Shown one piece after another: positions 53,101 to 62,165 of a stretch of DNA of 64,000 nucleotides. Below the pieces are notes generated by a model. The model did no database searches, was not told the origin of the DNA, and saw only the letters and a program-made list of their open reading frames with translations. Source of the DNA: Acidobacteriota bacterium (lineage in GTDB: Bacteria; Acidobacteriota; UBA4820; DSQY01); the NCBI GenBank assembly GCA_049967655.1, contig JBMFSH010000001.1, positions 64,001 through 128,000 of the forward strand, read 5' to 3'. A program made the position numbers and the translations under genes. Position 1 is the stretch's first letter; every line of letters starts with the position of its first letter.

Positions 53101-53309
53101 AGCGCGCCCGCCGATCCCTCGACCTGCAGGAGAGGGCGGCGCTGTACGAGGAGGCCGAAGACCTCATCATCGAGGAGGCGCCGTCCGTCTTCCTGACGCA
53201 CAGCTGGGGAATGATACCGCACCGGCCGGAGGTGATGGGCATGAAACTCTCCTTCACACCACCGCTCATGCGGACTCACCACATTTGGCTGGCGGAGGGA
53301 GCCAGGTAA
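50136..53309 (+). CDS. Methyl-accepting chemotaxis protein fused to a C-terminal family-5 solute-binding (OppA/DppA-like) domain
   Basis: Two N-terminal TMs; [40 protein letters not shown]; then [32 protein letters not shown] and WYADYPDPD. Confidence 0.93.
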   Translation: [1057 protein letters not shown]

Positions 53310-53369
53310 AGGCCGGCTTTCGGGCGTTCGGCGCGGTCAGCTCGCTCGTCGGGGGCCCCACGTGGCTCG

Positions 53370-53837
53370 TCACCCGCCCTTGCGCCGTGCCTCCCGGTCC
53401 GCCGTCGTCGCGGCCGCGCCTCCTTTCCGGAGGGGCTCTTCATCCGAAAAGCCGAAGTGCAGAAGGGCCTCCGGGTTTACGTAGATCTGGAGGTTGTTCG
53501 TCTGGTGCGACAAGGGGGTCAGGAAGAAGCCCTGCGTCGGTCTTTCCCTCAGGGCTGCGGTCCCCTCCAGGTGCTCCCCGTCCTTGAACACGAGATTCAG
53601 TTTCCTCCCGCTCATCGCTTGGTAGAGGAACCGCGTGTTCTTACGGTCGCCCTCCGCCCGCACCGTCCGGAAGTCCTTGACGAAGCAGATGACCTTCACC
53701 GCGCGGAGCTCGATGTGGTGGATCTTGCCCTGGAGGTCCTGGAGGAGGATCTCTTCTTCTCCGGGCAGGAAGTTCTCGCCGAAGCCCTGGATCGTCCCGC
53801 CTTCAAGGAAGTGGACCACGAGTTTCTCGTCGAACAT
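53370..53837 (-). CDS. DUF6982-like protein (two-repeat small beta domain)
   Basis: KLVVHFLEG.TIQG / KLNLVFKDGEHLEG internal repeat; VKVICFVKDF; GFFLTP. Confidence 0.7.
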   Translation of the reverse strand: MFDEKLVVHFLEGGTIQGFGENFLPGEEEILLQDLQGKIHHIELRAVKVICFVKDFRTVRAEGDRKNTRFLYQAMSGRKLNLVFKDGEHLEGTAALRERPTQGFFLTPLSHQTNNLQIYVNPEALLHFGFSDEEPLRKGGAAATTADREARRKGG

Positions 53838-53970
53838 GGAAAGAGGACTCCTCTTCCACTATGACACGAAAGGCCCGCTCCCTCAATCGCGAACCCCGCC
53901 GTCGGCTTGGGGCCAACGGGCCGCCTTGCGTGGCCCGCACCCTTCGGGTATCCTTGGCTCGGGAGGCTTC

Positions 53971-54402
53971 ATGGACAGGGAACGGCTGGCCTATGGAGTG
54001 GCGGAGATCCTGCTGCGGCACCTGCCGCAGAGTTCCGAGCCCTCTGCCGTGGAGGCCATAACGGCGGACCTGGTCCGGCTGCTGGAGGCCAAGGGAAGCG
54101 AGGCGGCGGCCTCGGACGAGCTTCCAGGCCGTAGGCTCGTGGTCTTGACCGTGCTGGGCCGGAACCACTCGGGCATCGTCCACGCCTTCTCGGAGGTGCT
54201 CGCGGAGGCCGCCGTGGACATCGTGGACATCAACCAGACCATCGTCCACGGGAATTTTGCTATGATGATGATCGTGGACCCCACCAGCGCCAAGCTCTCC
54301 TTCTCCGACCTCAAGGCCGCTCTCAAGCGCCGCGGCGACGAGGTGGGTGTACAGGTCTTCGTCCAGTACGAGGACCTCATGCGGGCTTTGAACCGGATAT
54401 GA
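53971..54402 (+). CDS. ACT-domain protein (UPF0237-like) with N-terminal extension
   Basis: LTVLGRNHSGIV..DIVDINQT..FAMMMIVD..QYEDLMRALNRI; precedes the UPF0210 gene. Confidence 0.85.
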   Translation: MDRERLAYGVAEILLRHLPQSSEPSAVEAITADLVRLLEAKGSEAAASDELPGRRLVVLTVLGRNHSGIVHAFSEVLAEAAVDIVDINQTIVHGNFAMMMIVDPTSAKLSFSDLKAALKRRGDEVGVQVFVQYEDLMRALNRI

Positions 54403-54457
54403 GCCCATCGCGTAACCGCGTGGTCGTCTGACCGCCCTTGCGGGAGCTCCTGAAGCC

Positions 54458-55819
54458 ATGGACTACACACGGCGCGAGATCCTGGAAACCCTGAGGATGA
54501 CGGAGCTCGAGCACTTCGACGTGCGCACCGTGACCGTGGGCGTCAGCCTCCTGGACTGCGGCCACGACGATCCCGAAGAGGCCGGCCGCCGAGTCTACGC
54601 CAAACTCAAGCGCGTGGCCGGCCCCCTGCCGGGCGTGGTGGCGGAGATCACGGAGGCCCTGGGCATACGGGTGGCGAACCGCAGGATCGCCGTGAGCCCG
54701 GTGGCGCTCGTCGGAACCAGGGCGGAGCCGGCCTCCTATCTCGCCATCGCGCGCGCCATCGACAGGGCCGCGCAGGAGATGGGCTTCGACTTCGTGGGGG
54801 GATACTCGGCCCTCGTGCACGACGGGTTCACGCGGGCCGACCACGCCCTCATCGCCTCCATGCCCGAGGCGCTCAGCACCACCAAGACCCTCTGCGCCTC
54901 CGTGAACGCCGGCAGCAGCAGGACGGGGCTCAATCTGGACGCGGTCCGCCTCGTGGCGCACATGCTCAAGGAGACGGCCTACCTGACGCGGGAAAGCGGC
55001 AGCCTGGGCTGCGCCAAGTTCGTGATTTTCGCCAACGCCGTGGAGGACAACCCCTTCATGGCGGGGGCTTTCCACGGCATTGGCCTGCCGGAGGTGGTGA
55101 TCCACACGGGCGTGAGCGGCCCCGGCGTCGTCTGCCAGGCCATCCGCCGGGCCGGCCCCTGCGACCTTCGGGCGTTGGCCGAGGTGATCAAGCGGGCGGC
55201 CTACAAGATCACCAAAGTGGGCGAGATATTGGGGCGCCAGGTGGCCGACAAGATGGGAGTGCCCTTCGGTATCGTGGACCTGTCGCTCGCGCCCACGCCC
55301 GAACTCGGGGATTCCGTGGGTGAGGTGCTGGAGGCCATGGGCTTGGAGAGAACGGGGGCCTGCGGCACGACGGCCGCCCTGGCCATGCTCACCGACGCCG
55401 TGAAGAAGGGCGGAGTCATGGCCACCTCCGCCGTGGGCGGACTCTCCGGCGCCTTCATCCCGGTGAGCGAGGACGCGGCCATGATCGCCGCGGCCCGGGA
55501 GGGCGCCCTGAGCCTCGAAAAGCTCGAGGCCATGACCAGCGTCTGCTCGGTGGGCCTCGACATGGTGGCCGTCCCCGGCGACGTCTCGGAAGAACTGCTC
55601 ACCGGCTTCATCGCCGACGAGCTGGCGATCGGCGTCATCAACCACAAGACCACGGCCGTCCGTGTCATTCCGGCTTACGGCAAAGGGGTGGGGGAAAGCG
55701 TCTCCTTCGGCGGGCTCCTGGGCGAGGCGCCCGTCATGGAGCTGCGGCGCCTCTCCTGTGAGGCTTTTGTGCGCCGGGGAGGCCAGATGCCCGCGCCCAT
55801 CACCTCGCTGCGGAATTAG
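54458..55819 (+). CDS. UPF0210/DUF711 family protein (PFL-like fold)
   Basis: DVRTVTVGVSLLDC, EDNPFMAGAFHG, VSGPGVV, VGGLSGAFIPVSED, EAMTSVCSVGLDM. Confidence 0.92.
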   Translation: MDYTRREILETLRMTELEHFDVRTVTVGVSLLDCGHDDPEEAGRRVYAKLKRVAGPLPGVVAEITEALGIRVANRRIAVSPVALVGTRAEPASYLAIARAIDRAAQEMGFDFVGGYSALVHDGFTRADHALIASMPEALSTTKTLCASVNAGSSRTGLNLDAVRLVAHMLKETAYLTRESGSLGCAKFVIFANAVEDNPFMAGAFHGIGLPEVVIHTGVSGPGVVCQAIRRAGPCDLRALAEVIKRAAYKITKVGEILGRQVADKMGVPFGIVDLSLAPTPELGDSVGEVLEAMGLERTGACGTTAALAMLTDAVKKGGVMATSAVGGLSGAFIPVSEDAAMIAAAREGALSLEKLEAMTSVCSVGLDMVAVPGDVSEELLTGFIADELAIGVINHKTTAVRVIPAYGKGVGESVSFGGLLGEAPVMELRRLSCEAFVRRGGQMPAPITSLRN

Positions 55820-55910
55820 CCACCGAACGCGGGATGGGGATGATCGTTCGGACGATCCGACGACCGGAAAACACAGCGGCGGCGCGATGCGGCGCCAGAA
55901 GGACTGACAG

Positions 55911-56597
55911 ATGAACAAACCCCCCCATCAGCGCCTACCGCCCCACTCCTCCCTGCCATACGTCATCGCCCTGCTACTGCTCGCACTCGCGCCGCTCGGC
56001 CTCTCGGCCTCATCCTACTTCCCCGAGTTTTTCCATACCTTCACCCCGAAGGTGGGAGGTTGGAGCGAATACCACATCCAGGACGCCCGGGGTGAGACCG
56101 CCGACCTCACCTTCGCCATCGTGAGCGAGGAGAACGGGGCCTATTGGATGGAGCTCCGCACGGTCCAGGGGAGCGAGAAGGCGGTGGTGGCTTTCCTCAT
56201 CAAGGGCGATCCCACCGACGACGCCAACGTCCTCGAGATCCGGGCCAAGGGCTCTTCGGGGCCGGCTCTCGAGATGGACCGCTCCACTCTGGAGAAGCTC
56301 AAGAGGGACGGCCACGAAGTATTCGGAGGCCAGGCCCTGCCCATCGGGCCCACGGTGGGCAAGCTGCAGCCCTTGCCCGACGAGGTGATCAAGGTGGGCC
56401 GGGACTCGCTCAAGTGTCGCCACATCAAGGTGATCGGGCCCAACGGGCAGAACGCCGAGGTCTGGCTCAACGACGAGATCATTCCCTTCGGCGTCGTGAA
56501 GCTGGTGAGCGGCGCCGAACAGGTCGTGCTCAAGGACTTCGGGAAACGGGCCAAGGCTGAACTCAAGGGTCCCTTCACGCCCCTCGTCGTGCAGTGA
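55911..56597 (+). CDS. Exported hypothetical protein
   Basis: Hydrophobic signal-like segment; PKVGGWSEY..YWMEL..EVWLNDEIIPFGVVK. Confidence 0.75.
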   Translation: MNKPPHQRLPPHSSLPYVIALLLLALAPLGLSASSYFPEFFHTFTPKVGGWSEYHIQDARGETADLTFAIVSEENGAYWMELRTVQGSEKAVVAFLIKGDPTDDANVLEIRAKGSSGPALEMDRSTLEKLKRDGHEVFGGQALPIGPTVGKLQPLPDEVIKVGRDSLKCRHIKVIGPNGQNAEVWLNDEIIPFGVVKLVSGAEQVVLKDFGKRAKAELKGPFTPLVVQ

Positions 56598-56675
56598 GCC
56601 CGGATCGGCCGCGGAAGGCATCCGGCCCACGGGCCGTGCGCACTCGTTAGAGGGATGTCGTTCAAGGAGGGGTTC

Positions 56676-57059
56676 ATGAAAAAAGAGGTCGTTCGAACGG
56701 ATGGGGCGCCCAAAGCCATCGGTCCTTACTCCCAGGCCGTGAGGGCCGGAGGCCTCGTCTTCTGCTCGGGGCAGATCCCCCTGGATCCTGCCACGATGAC
56801 CGTAGTGGAGGGCGGCGTGGCCGAACAGACCCGCCGGGTTCTCCGCAACCTGGCCGCCGTCCTCGATGCGGCGGGGGCCTCCCTCGCGACCGTGGTCAAG
56901 ACCACCGTCTTCCTGAAGGACATGAACGACTTCGCGGCCATGAACGAGGCCTACGCCGAATTCTTCCCCTCCGATCCCCCCGCGCGCGCCACGGTGGAGG
57001 TGGCGAGGCTCCCCAAGGACGTGCGCGTGGAGATCGAGGTCATCGCCCTCCCCGACTGA
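56676..57059 (+). CDS. ridA: RidA-family reactive intermediate deaminase
   Basis: [51 protein letters not shown]. Confidence 0.93.
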   Translation: MKKEVVRTDGAPKAIGPYSQAVRAGGLVFCSGQIPLDPATMTVVEGGVAEQTRRVLRNLAAVLDAAGASLATVVKTTVFLKDMNDFAAMNEAYAEFFPSDPPARATVEVARLPKDVRVEIEVIALPD

Positions 57060-57110
57060 TGGTGGACGCCCCCCGATTGGGCATCCGATTGACCTGATCC
57101 ATCGCCGAGC

Positions 57111-57140
57111 AAAAAAAGGCCGCCCCGAAGGGCGGCCTTT
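57111..57140. terminator. Bidirectional intrinsic terminator between convergent genes
   Basis: AAAAAAAGGCCGCCC-CGAA-GGGCGGCCTTT; U7 tail on the minus strand. Confidence 0.85.
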
Positions 57141-57182
57141 GAGGCTGCGGAGGGGAAGGAGAGTCCTCCGCGTGAAGGTGGC

Positions 57183-58334
57183 CTAGTTGACGAGGACCAT
57201 CATGGAGCGCTCGGCGCGGAACTTGTCGCGGTTGAGCAGGGTGACGGTGGCCTTCGTGCCGTCGGGCTGGATGGAGACGCGGTAGTCCACGCCCGGCTTG
57301 TAGAGCGCGCCGGGAGCGATGCGGACCTTCTCGATCCGAGCCACGTCCGCATCCTTGGCGGTGAAGCTGATGGTGTTGTCGCTGCGCAGGTCGAGCTGCT
57401 GCGGGTAGTCGGTCTCGGCGAACTGGATGAGCTGAGGCTTGGCGTACCAGGGGTCGCGGACCAGCCCCTCCTTGATCAGCGCCTTTCGGGGGCCGATCCG
57501 GTAGAAGACGGAGTTCACCTTGGATTGCAGGTTCTTCGAGAGGGCGTCCAGGTCGCTCACCTTCTGGGTCAGGCTCGCGCGCTCGGTCTGGAGCAGCGAG
57601 ACCTCCTGGGTCAACTGGTCGCGCTTGCTGGTGAGGTCGGCCACCTGCTGAGTGAGCTTGGCCTTTTCCTTGGCCAGGGCGTCCCGCTGGGCGATGGCGC
57701 TGTTCTTCTCGTCCACCAACACCTTCTTGGCGTGCTGGATGACACCGTAGGGGCTGACCTTGGCGTCGCCCTGGGTGACGAAGGTGCCGTACACGCCGTC
57801 GTGGTAGAAGTTCCAGACCTTGAACCCGGGTACCAGCTCGTCCATCAGATTCACCTTCTGCACGAGGCTCCTGGCCGTCGCCGGATCGAGGCCCTGATCC
57901 TTGGTGAGGTAAGCCATGGCGATGTCGATGTGGCGCTCACCCTTCACCACCTCCACGGGGGCCGGAAGGGTCCGCTCCAGGTTCTGGACCTGAACCTTGA
58001 GGTCGTCGGCCGCCTTCTGCTTGGCGAGAATGTCCGAGATCAGGTCCTTGTAACCAATGCCCTGCTCGTTCTTCAGCCGCTGTTCGAGAAGGGCCGTCTG
58101 CTCGGGACTCAGCCCCTGGCCCAGGACCGATCCCAGGTCCTTGCCGCCGGCCTGGACGTACTGCGTCGTGAGGGCGTTCACTTCGGCCTGGTTGGCGTCG
58201 ATTTCCTGCTCAAGCTTGGCGATCCGCTGGGCCGTCTCCATCTGGGAGCGGACCTCGGTTTTTCCCTGGTGCTGGGCGCAGGCCAGGGCCAGCAAAAGGC
58301 CCCCCATCGCGGCGATACGGAATAGGCGTTTCAT
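57183..58334 (-). CDS. Coiled-coil lipoprotein of unknown function
   Basis: MKRLFR..LLLALAC lipobox; heptad-rich segments; C-terminal beta domain. Confidence 0.85.
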   Translation of the reverse strand: MKRLFRIAAMGGLLLALACAQHQGKTEVRSQMETAQRIAKLEQEIDANQAEVNALTTQYVQAGGKDLGSVLGQGLSPEQTALLEQRLKNEQGIGYKDLISDILAKQKAADDLKVQVQNLERTLPAPVEVVKGERHIDIAMAYLTKDQGLDPATARSLVQKVNLMDELVPGFKVWNFYHDGVYGTFVTQGDAKVSPYGVIQHAKKVLVDEKNSAIAQRDALAKEKAKLTQQVADLTSKRDQLTQEVSLLQTERASLTQKVSDLDALSKNLQSKVNSVFYRIGPRKALIKEGLVRDPWYAKPQLIQFAETDYPQQLDLRSDNTISFTAKDADVARIEKVRIAPGALYKPGVDYRVSIQPDGTKATVTLLNRDKFRAERSMMVLVN

Positions 58335-58409
58335 AGTTTGTCTCCTTTCTCTCCCGGGGACCGGGGCCAGGAGGCCCCGGTCCCGGATCTTCCTGGACGG
58401 TTCGGTCAG

Positions 58410-58426
58410 TACAAGGGCCGTGCCAA
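58410..58426 (-). promoter_or_regulatory. Candidate sigma54 (-24/-12) promoter
   Basis: Minus strand TTGGCACGGCCCTTGTA vs consensus TGGCAC-N5-TTGCW; divergent from an NtrC-family gene. Confidence 0.65.
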
Positions 58427-58620
58427 TTGGGCAGCACGGGTTCATCCACCTGAAAATGAAAGGGGAACACGGAGAGGCGCGGGCTCGGCCCGAGAACCGG
58501 CGCCCCATGAAACAAGGAAATATTCCCTGGCCTCGGAGGCCATGGAGAGGAGATCAGCCTTGAGCGCCCTTCCCGCCGGTTGCTATACTCGGCCCGCGGA
58601 ACGGAACGGAGGAGCGGGCC

Positions 58621-59982
58621 ATGAAACGGCGCTACACCATCCTCGTTGTGGACGACGAACCCTCCATGCGGGAGGTGCTTCGCTTGCGCCTCGGCCAATG
58701 GGGCTTCGAGGTCGCCGCGGCGGCCAGCGCGTCCGAGGCGGAGGCCCTAGCCGCAAAGGCTGCGCTTGATCTCGTGCTTTGCGATGTGGTCCTTCCCGAC
58801 GGCTCGGGCCTGGACCTGCTGACCAAGCTGCGGGGCGACTCTCCGCCCCGACCCGTGATCATGATCACGGCCCACGGCAGCATCGATGCGGCCGTGGAGG
58901 CCGTCAAGCGCGGGGCCAGGGATTTTCTGACCAAGCCGCTGGACTACACCAAGCTCAAGGCGGTGCTCGACGATGCCGTGTCCGAGGTCGAGCAGAGGAG
59001 CTCGCTGAAGCGCCTGGAGGAGACCCTGGCCAAGGGCTCGGGCCTGGGGCCCCTCATCGGCGACAGCAAGCCCATGCTCGAACTCTACGAGCTCATAGGC
59101 GTCCTCGCGGGAAGCGACGCCTCGGCCCTGATCACGGGCGAGAGCGGCACGGGCAAGGAGCTCGTGGCCCACGCCATCCACGACCGGAGCCGGCGGGCTT
59201 CGGGCCCCTTCGTGGCGGTGAACGCCGCCGCCATTCCCGAGGGACTGATGGAGAGCGAGCTCTTCGGGAACGAGAAGGGGGCCTTCACCGGGGCGGTCTC
59301 GGCCAGGCCCGGCTGCTTCGAACTGGCCAACCGCGGGACGCTCTTTCTGGATGAGATCGCCGAGATGCCCGCCCCGCTCCAGCCCAAGTTCCTGCGGACC
59401 CTCGAGAACGGGCGGGTGCGCCGGTTGGGGGGCGCCACCGAGAACGCCTTCGACGTTCGGCTTCTCGCCGCCACCAACAGGGTGCCCGAGGAGGCCGTGC
59501 GCGACGGGCTGCTGAGGGCCGACCTCTACTACCGCCTGAACGTCTTCACGCTGGTGCTCCCGCCCCTGCGGGAGCGGAAGGAGGACGTGCCGCTCCTGGT
59601 GCAGCACTTCGTCGGCCTCTTCAACAGGAAGCACGGGGCTTCGGTGGCGGGCGTCCGTCCCGACGTGCTGGCCCTCCTCCAGGCCTATCCGTGGCCCGGG
59701 AACGTGCGCGAGCTCAGAAACGTGATCGAGCGGGCCGTGATCCTGGCGCGGGCGGGCTGGATCGAGCTGTCCCACTTGCCGCCCTACGTGCGGCGCCCGG
59801 ACGACGCCGGGGAGGAGCTGCGCCTGCCCGTGGGGCTCACGCTGGCCGAGGCCGAGAGGGTTTTGATCCTGCAAACCCTCAAGGAGGCCGGCCAGAACAA
59901 GGCCGAGGCGGCGCGCCGCCTGGGCCTGGACGTCAAGACCATCCGGAACAAGCTGAAGCAATACGGACTGGACGGCAGCTGA
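58621..59982 (+). CDS. Sigma54-dependent response regulator (NtrC/GlrR family)
   Basis: Receiver; GESGTGKE, ESELFGNEKGAFTGA, WPGNVRELRN; Fis HTH NKAEAARRLG. Confidence 0.95.
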   Translation: MKRRYTILVVDDEPSMREVLRLRLGQWGFEVAAAASASEAEALAAKAALDLVLCDVVLPDGSGLDLLTKLRGDSPPRPVIMITAHGSIDAAVEAVKRGARDFLTKPLDYTKLKAVLDDAVSEVEQRSSLKRLEETLAKGSGLGPLIGDSKPMLELYELIGVLAGSDASALITGESGTGKELVAHAIHDRSRRASGPFVAVNAAAIPEGLMESELFGNEKGAFTGAVSARPGCFELANRGTLFLDEIAEMPAPLQPKFLRTLENGRVRRLGGATENAFDVRLLAATNRVPEEAVRDGLLRADLYYRLNVFTLVLPPLRERKEDVPLLVQHFVGLFNRKHGASVAGVRPDVLALLQAYPWPGNVRELRNVIERAVILARAGWIELSHLPPYVRRPDDAGEELRLPVGLTLAEAERVLILQTLKEAGQNKAEAARRLGLDVKTIRNKLKQYGLDGS

Positions 59983-61496
59983 TGAGGGTCTCCACCCGGC
60001 TCACGGCGGGTTCCTCCCTGGTTCTGCTCCTTCTCCTGGGGGCGCTCGCCTACCAGCTCATGCAGGTGCGGCACCTCGCCTCCATCAGCCGTGAGCTGTC
60101 GAGGGTGGGGCTCAGGGCGGCGCGGCTCTCCCTGTCCCAGATCCACGACCTGGATGGCCTGGACCAGGCGCTGAGAAAGTACTTCGTCACGCGGGATCCA
60201 GACTACGCTGGGCTGGCCCGCGAGCTCGGGCGTCAGGTCTCCGTCAGGCAGCAGCTCCTTGAGGGGCTGCCGCTTCCTGCGGAGGAGCGGGAAGCGGTGG
60301 AGGCCTTCGGCGCCGCCTGGCGAGGACTCGGGGAGGAGGTGAATCCCGGGCCTCCCGCCGGGCCGGAGGCAGATCTGCTGCCCCGGCTGGCTCGGGCCCA
60401 GGAGAGGGCCCGCACGGTGGCCGAGGCCGCCCAGGAGGCCGTGTCCGCGGAGGCCTCCCGGGCCGAGGCGGCGGCCCGCCGGTCGCAAAACGTCTCCCTG
60501 CTGGCGGCGCTCCTGGCGCTCGCGGCCAGCGTGATCGTCCTGTGGGCCACGATCCGCTCCATCCGGAGGCCCCTGGAGCGACTGGCGAACGCCACCCACG
60601 CCCTGGCGGGCGGCCGCTTCGACCTGCAGCTTCCCAGCCGGGGCCGGGACGAGTTCGACCAGCTCGCGGAGGACTTCAACGTCATGGTGCGGCGGCTCTC
60701 GGAGCTGGACCAGATGAAGAAGGACATCCTCTCCCACGTCTCCCACGAGCTGAAGACTCCGCTGGCCGCCGTGCAGGAGACCCACCAGCTCATGCTGGAG
60801 GGGATTACCGGGCCGCTGACGGGGGACCAGCGCCGGCTTCTCGAGATGAACCTCCAGAGCGCCAGGAGGCTCTCGGCCATGATCGCCAAGATGCTGGACC
60901 TGGCCCGCCTGGAGGCGGGTGTGATGGAGTACGATCTCCGGCCGACGGACTTCTCGCAGGTGGTGGGCTCGGCCCTCTCCCTGATGGAGGTGCGGGCGGG
61001 CGAGCGGGGCATCGCCCTGTGCGCGGAGCTGCCTGGGGAGACCCTGTGGGTGCGCGGCGACGGGGACCGCCTCTTCCAAGTGGTGGAAAACCTGTTGGAG
61101 AATGCGGTCAAGTTCTCTCCGCCCGGAACCGCCGTGGACGTGGCCGCCGCTGGGGCCGAGCAGGTCCCTCCGGGCAGGCGCGGTGAGCTTCCTGGACCCG
61201 CGTCCGCGGGAGAGGCCGGCTGGGTTCTCCTGACGGTCTCGGATCGCGGCCCCGGCGTGCCTGACGATGAGAAAACCAGAATCTTCGATCGCTTTCACCA
61301 GGTGGCGACGACGGGCAAGCGGGTGGGCAGAGGGGTCGGGTTGGGATTGGCCATCTGCCGGGAGATCGTAACGGCCCACGGCGGGGCCCTCTGGGTGGAG
61401 GACAACGCGGGGGGCGGCAGCCGGTTCCTGTGTCTGCTGCCGGCGTTGGACGGCGTCCGGCCCGCCGCCGGAGGAGAAGGAGAAGAAAGGCGATGA
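59982..61496 (+). CDS. Membrane sensor histidine kinase with HAMP (GlrK/QseE-like)
   Basis: Two TMs, HAMP, SHELKTPL, NLLENAVKF, DRGPG, GVGLGLAIC. Confidence 0.95.
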   Translation: MRVSTRLTAGSSLVLLLLLGALAYQLMQVRHLASISRELSRVGLRAARLSLSQIHDLDGLDQALRKYFVTRDPDYAGLARELGRQVSVRQQLLEGLPLPAEEREAVEAFGAAWRGLGEEVNPGPPAGPEADLLPRLARAQERARTVAEAAQEAVSAEASRAEAAARRSQNVSLLAALLALAASVIVLWATIRSIRRPLERLANATHALAGGRFDLQLPSRGRDEFDQLAEDFNVMVRRLSELDQMKKDILSHVSHELKTPLAAVQETHQLMLEGITGPLTGDQRRLLEMNLQSARRLSAMIAKMLDLARLEAGVMEYDLRPTDFSQVVGSALSLMEVRAGERGIALCAELPGETLWVRGDGDRLFQVVENLLENAVKFSPPGTAVDVAAAGAEQVPPGRRGELPGPASAGEAGWVLLTVSDRGPGVPDDEKTRIFDRFHQVATTGKRVGRGVGLGLAICREIVTAHGGALWVEDNAGGGSRFLCLLPALDGVRPAAGGEGEERR

Positions 61497-62056
61497 AGAG
61501 GTCCGTCAGGAGGTGCGGATGGCCGCTGCTGGTCTTGCTTCTGCTGGGTTCCTGCTCGCCCGCGCTGCGGCGGGCGGACGACTACTTCAAGGCAGGGGAC
61601 TATCCGCGGGCGGCCGCGGTCTACGAAGAGGTGCTCTCCACCCATCCGGCGCCTGGCACCGATGCGCGGGCGCTGTACCGTCTGGGCGTCTCCAGGGCCG
61701 AGCCCGGCAGCCCGGCCTTCGATCCCACCAAGGCTAGGGAGGCCTTCGAAACGCTTCGCCGAACCCACTCCGGATCGCGTTACGCCCGAGAGGCGGCCCT
61801 GCCCCTCGCCCTGCTCGATGCCATGGAGAGGGCCTCGCGGGAAGCCTCGCAGCTTCAGGCCCAGCTCAAGAGCGAACTGGCCTCCTGCAACCGCCAGGGC
61901 CAGGAGGCGGCGGCCTCGGCCCAGCAGGACCGTTCCCGCAGCCAGGAGCAGCTCCAGCAGTTGAAGGCTCTGCTCGCCCAGAGGGACCGGGAGCTGGAAG
62001 CCCTTCGGCGGCAGATGGACGAGCTCAAGCGCATCGACCTCATGCGGGGGCGCTGA
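61493..62056 (+). CDS. TPR/coiled-coil lipoprotein (QseG/YfhG-like accessory factor)
   Basis: LLLGSC lipobox; TPR; C-terminal coiled coil ending ELKRIDL; ATGA-coupled to the kinase. Confidence 0.7.
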   Translation: MKRSVRRCGWPLLVLLLLGSCSPALRRADDYFKAGDYPRAAAVYEEVLSTHPAPGTDARALYRLGVSRAEPGSPAFDPTKAREAFETLRRTHSGSRYAREAALPLALLDAMERASREASQLQAQLKSELASCNRQGQEAAASAQQDRSRSQEQLQQLKALLAQRDRELEALRRQMDELKRIDLMRGR

Positions 62057-62089
62057 CCTCCCATCCCAGCTGGCATTCCCTGGAAATCC

Positions 62090-62098
62090 TGATATAAT
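62090..62098 (+). promoter_or_regulatory. Extended -10 promoter element upstream of lepA
   Basis: TGATATAAT (TGn + TATAAT). Confidence 0.6.
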
Positions 62099-62165
62099 CG
62101 GCGTTTCACGGAACCACGTTGGGCCGTAAGGATAGGCGGGAGTGGTCCCGCGGAGGGCGCCGGAG

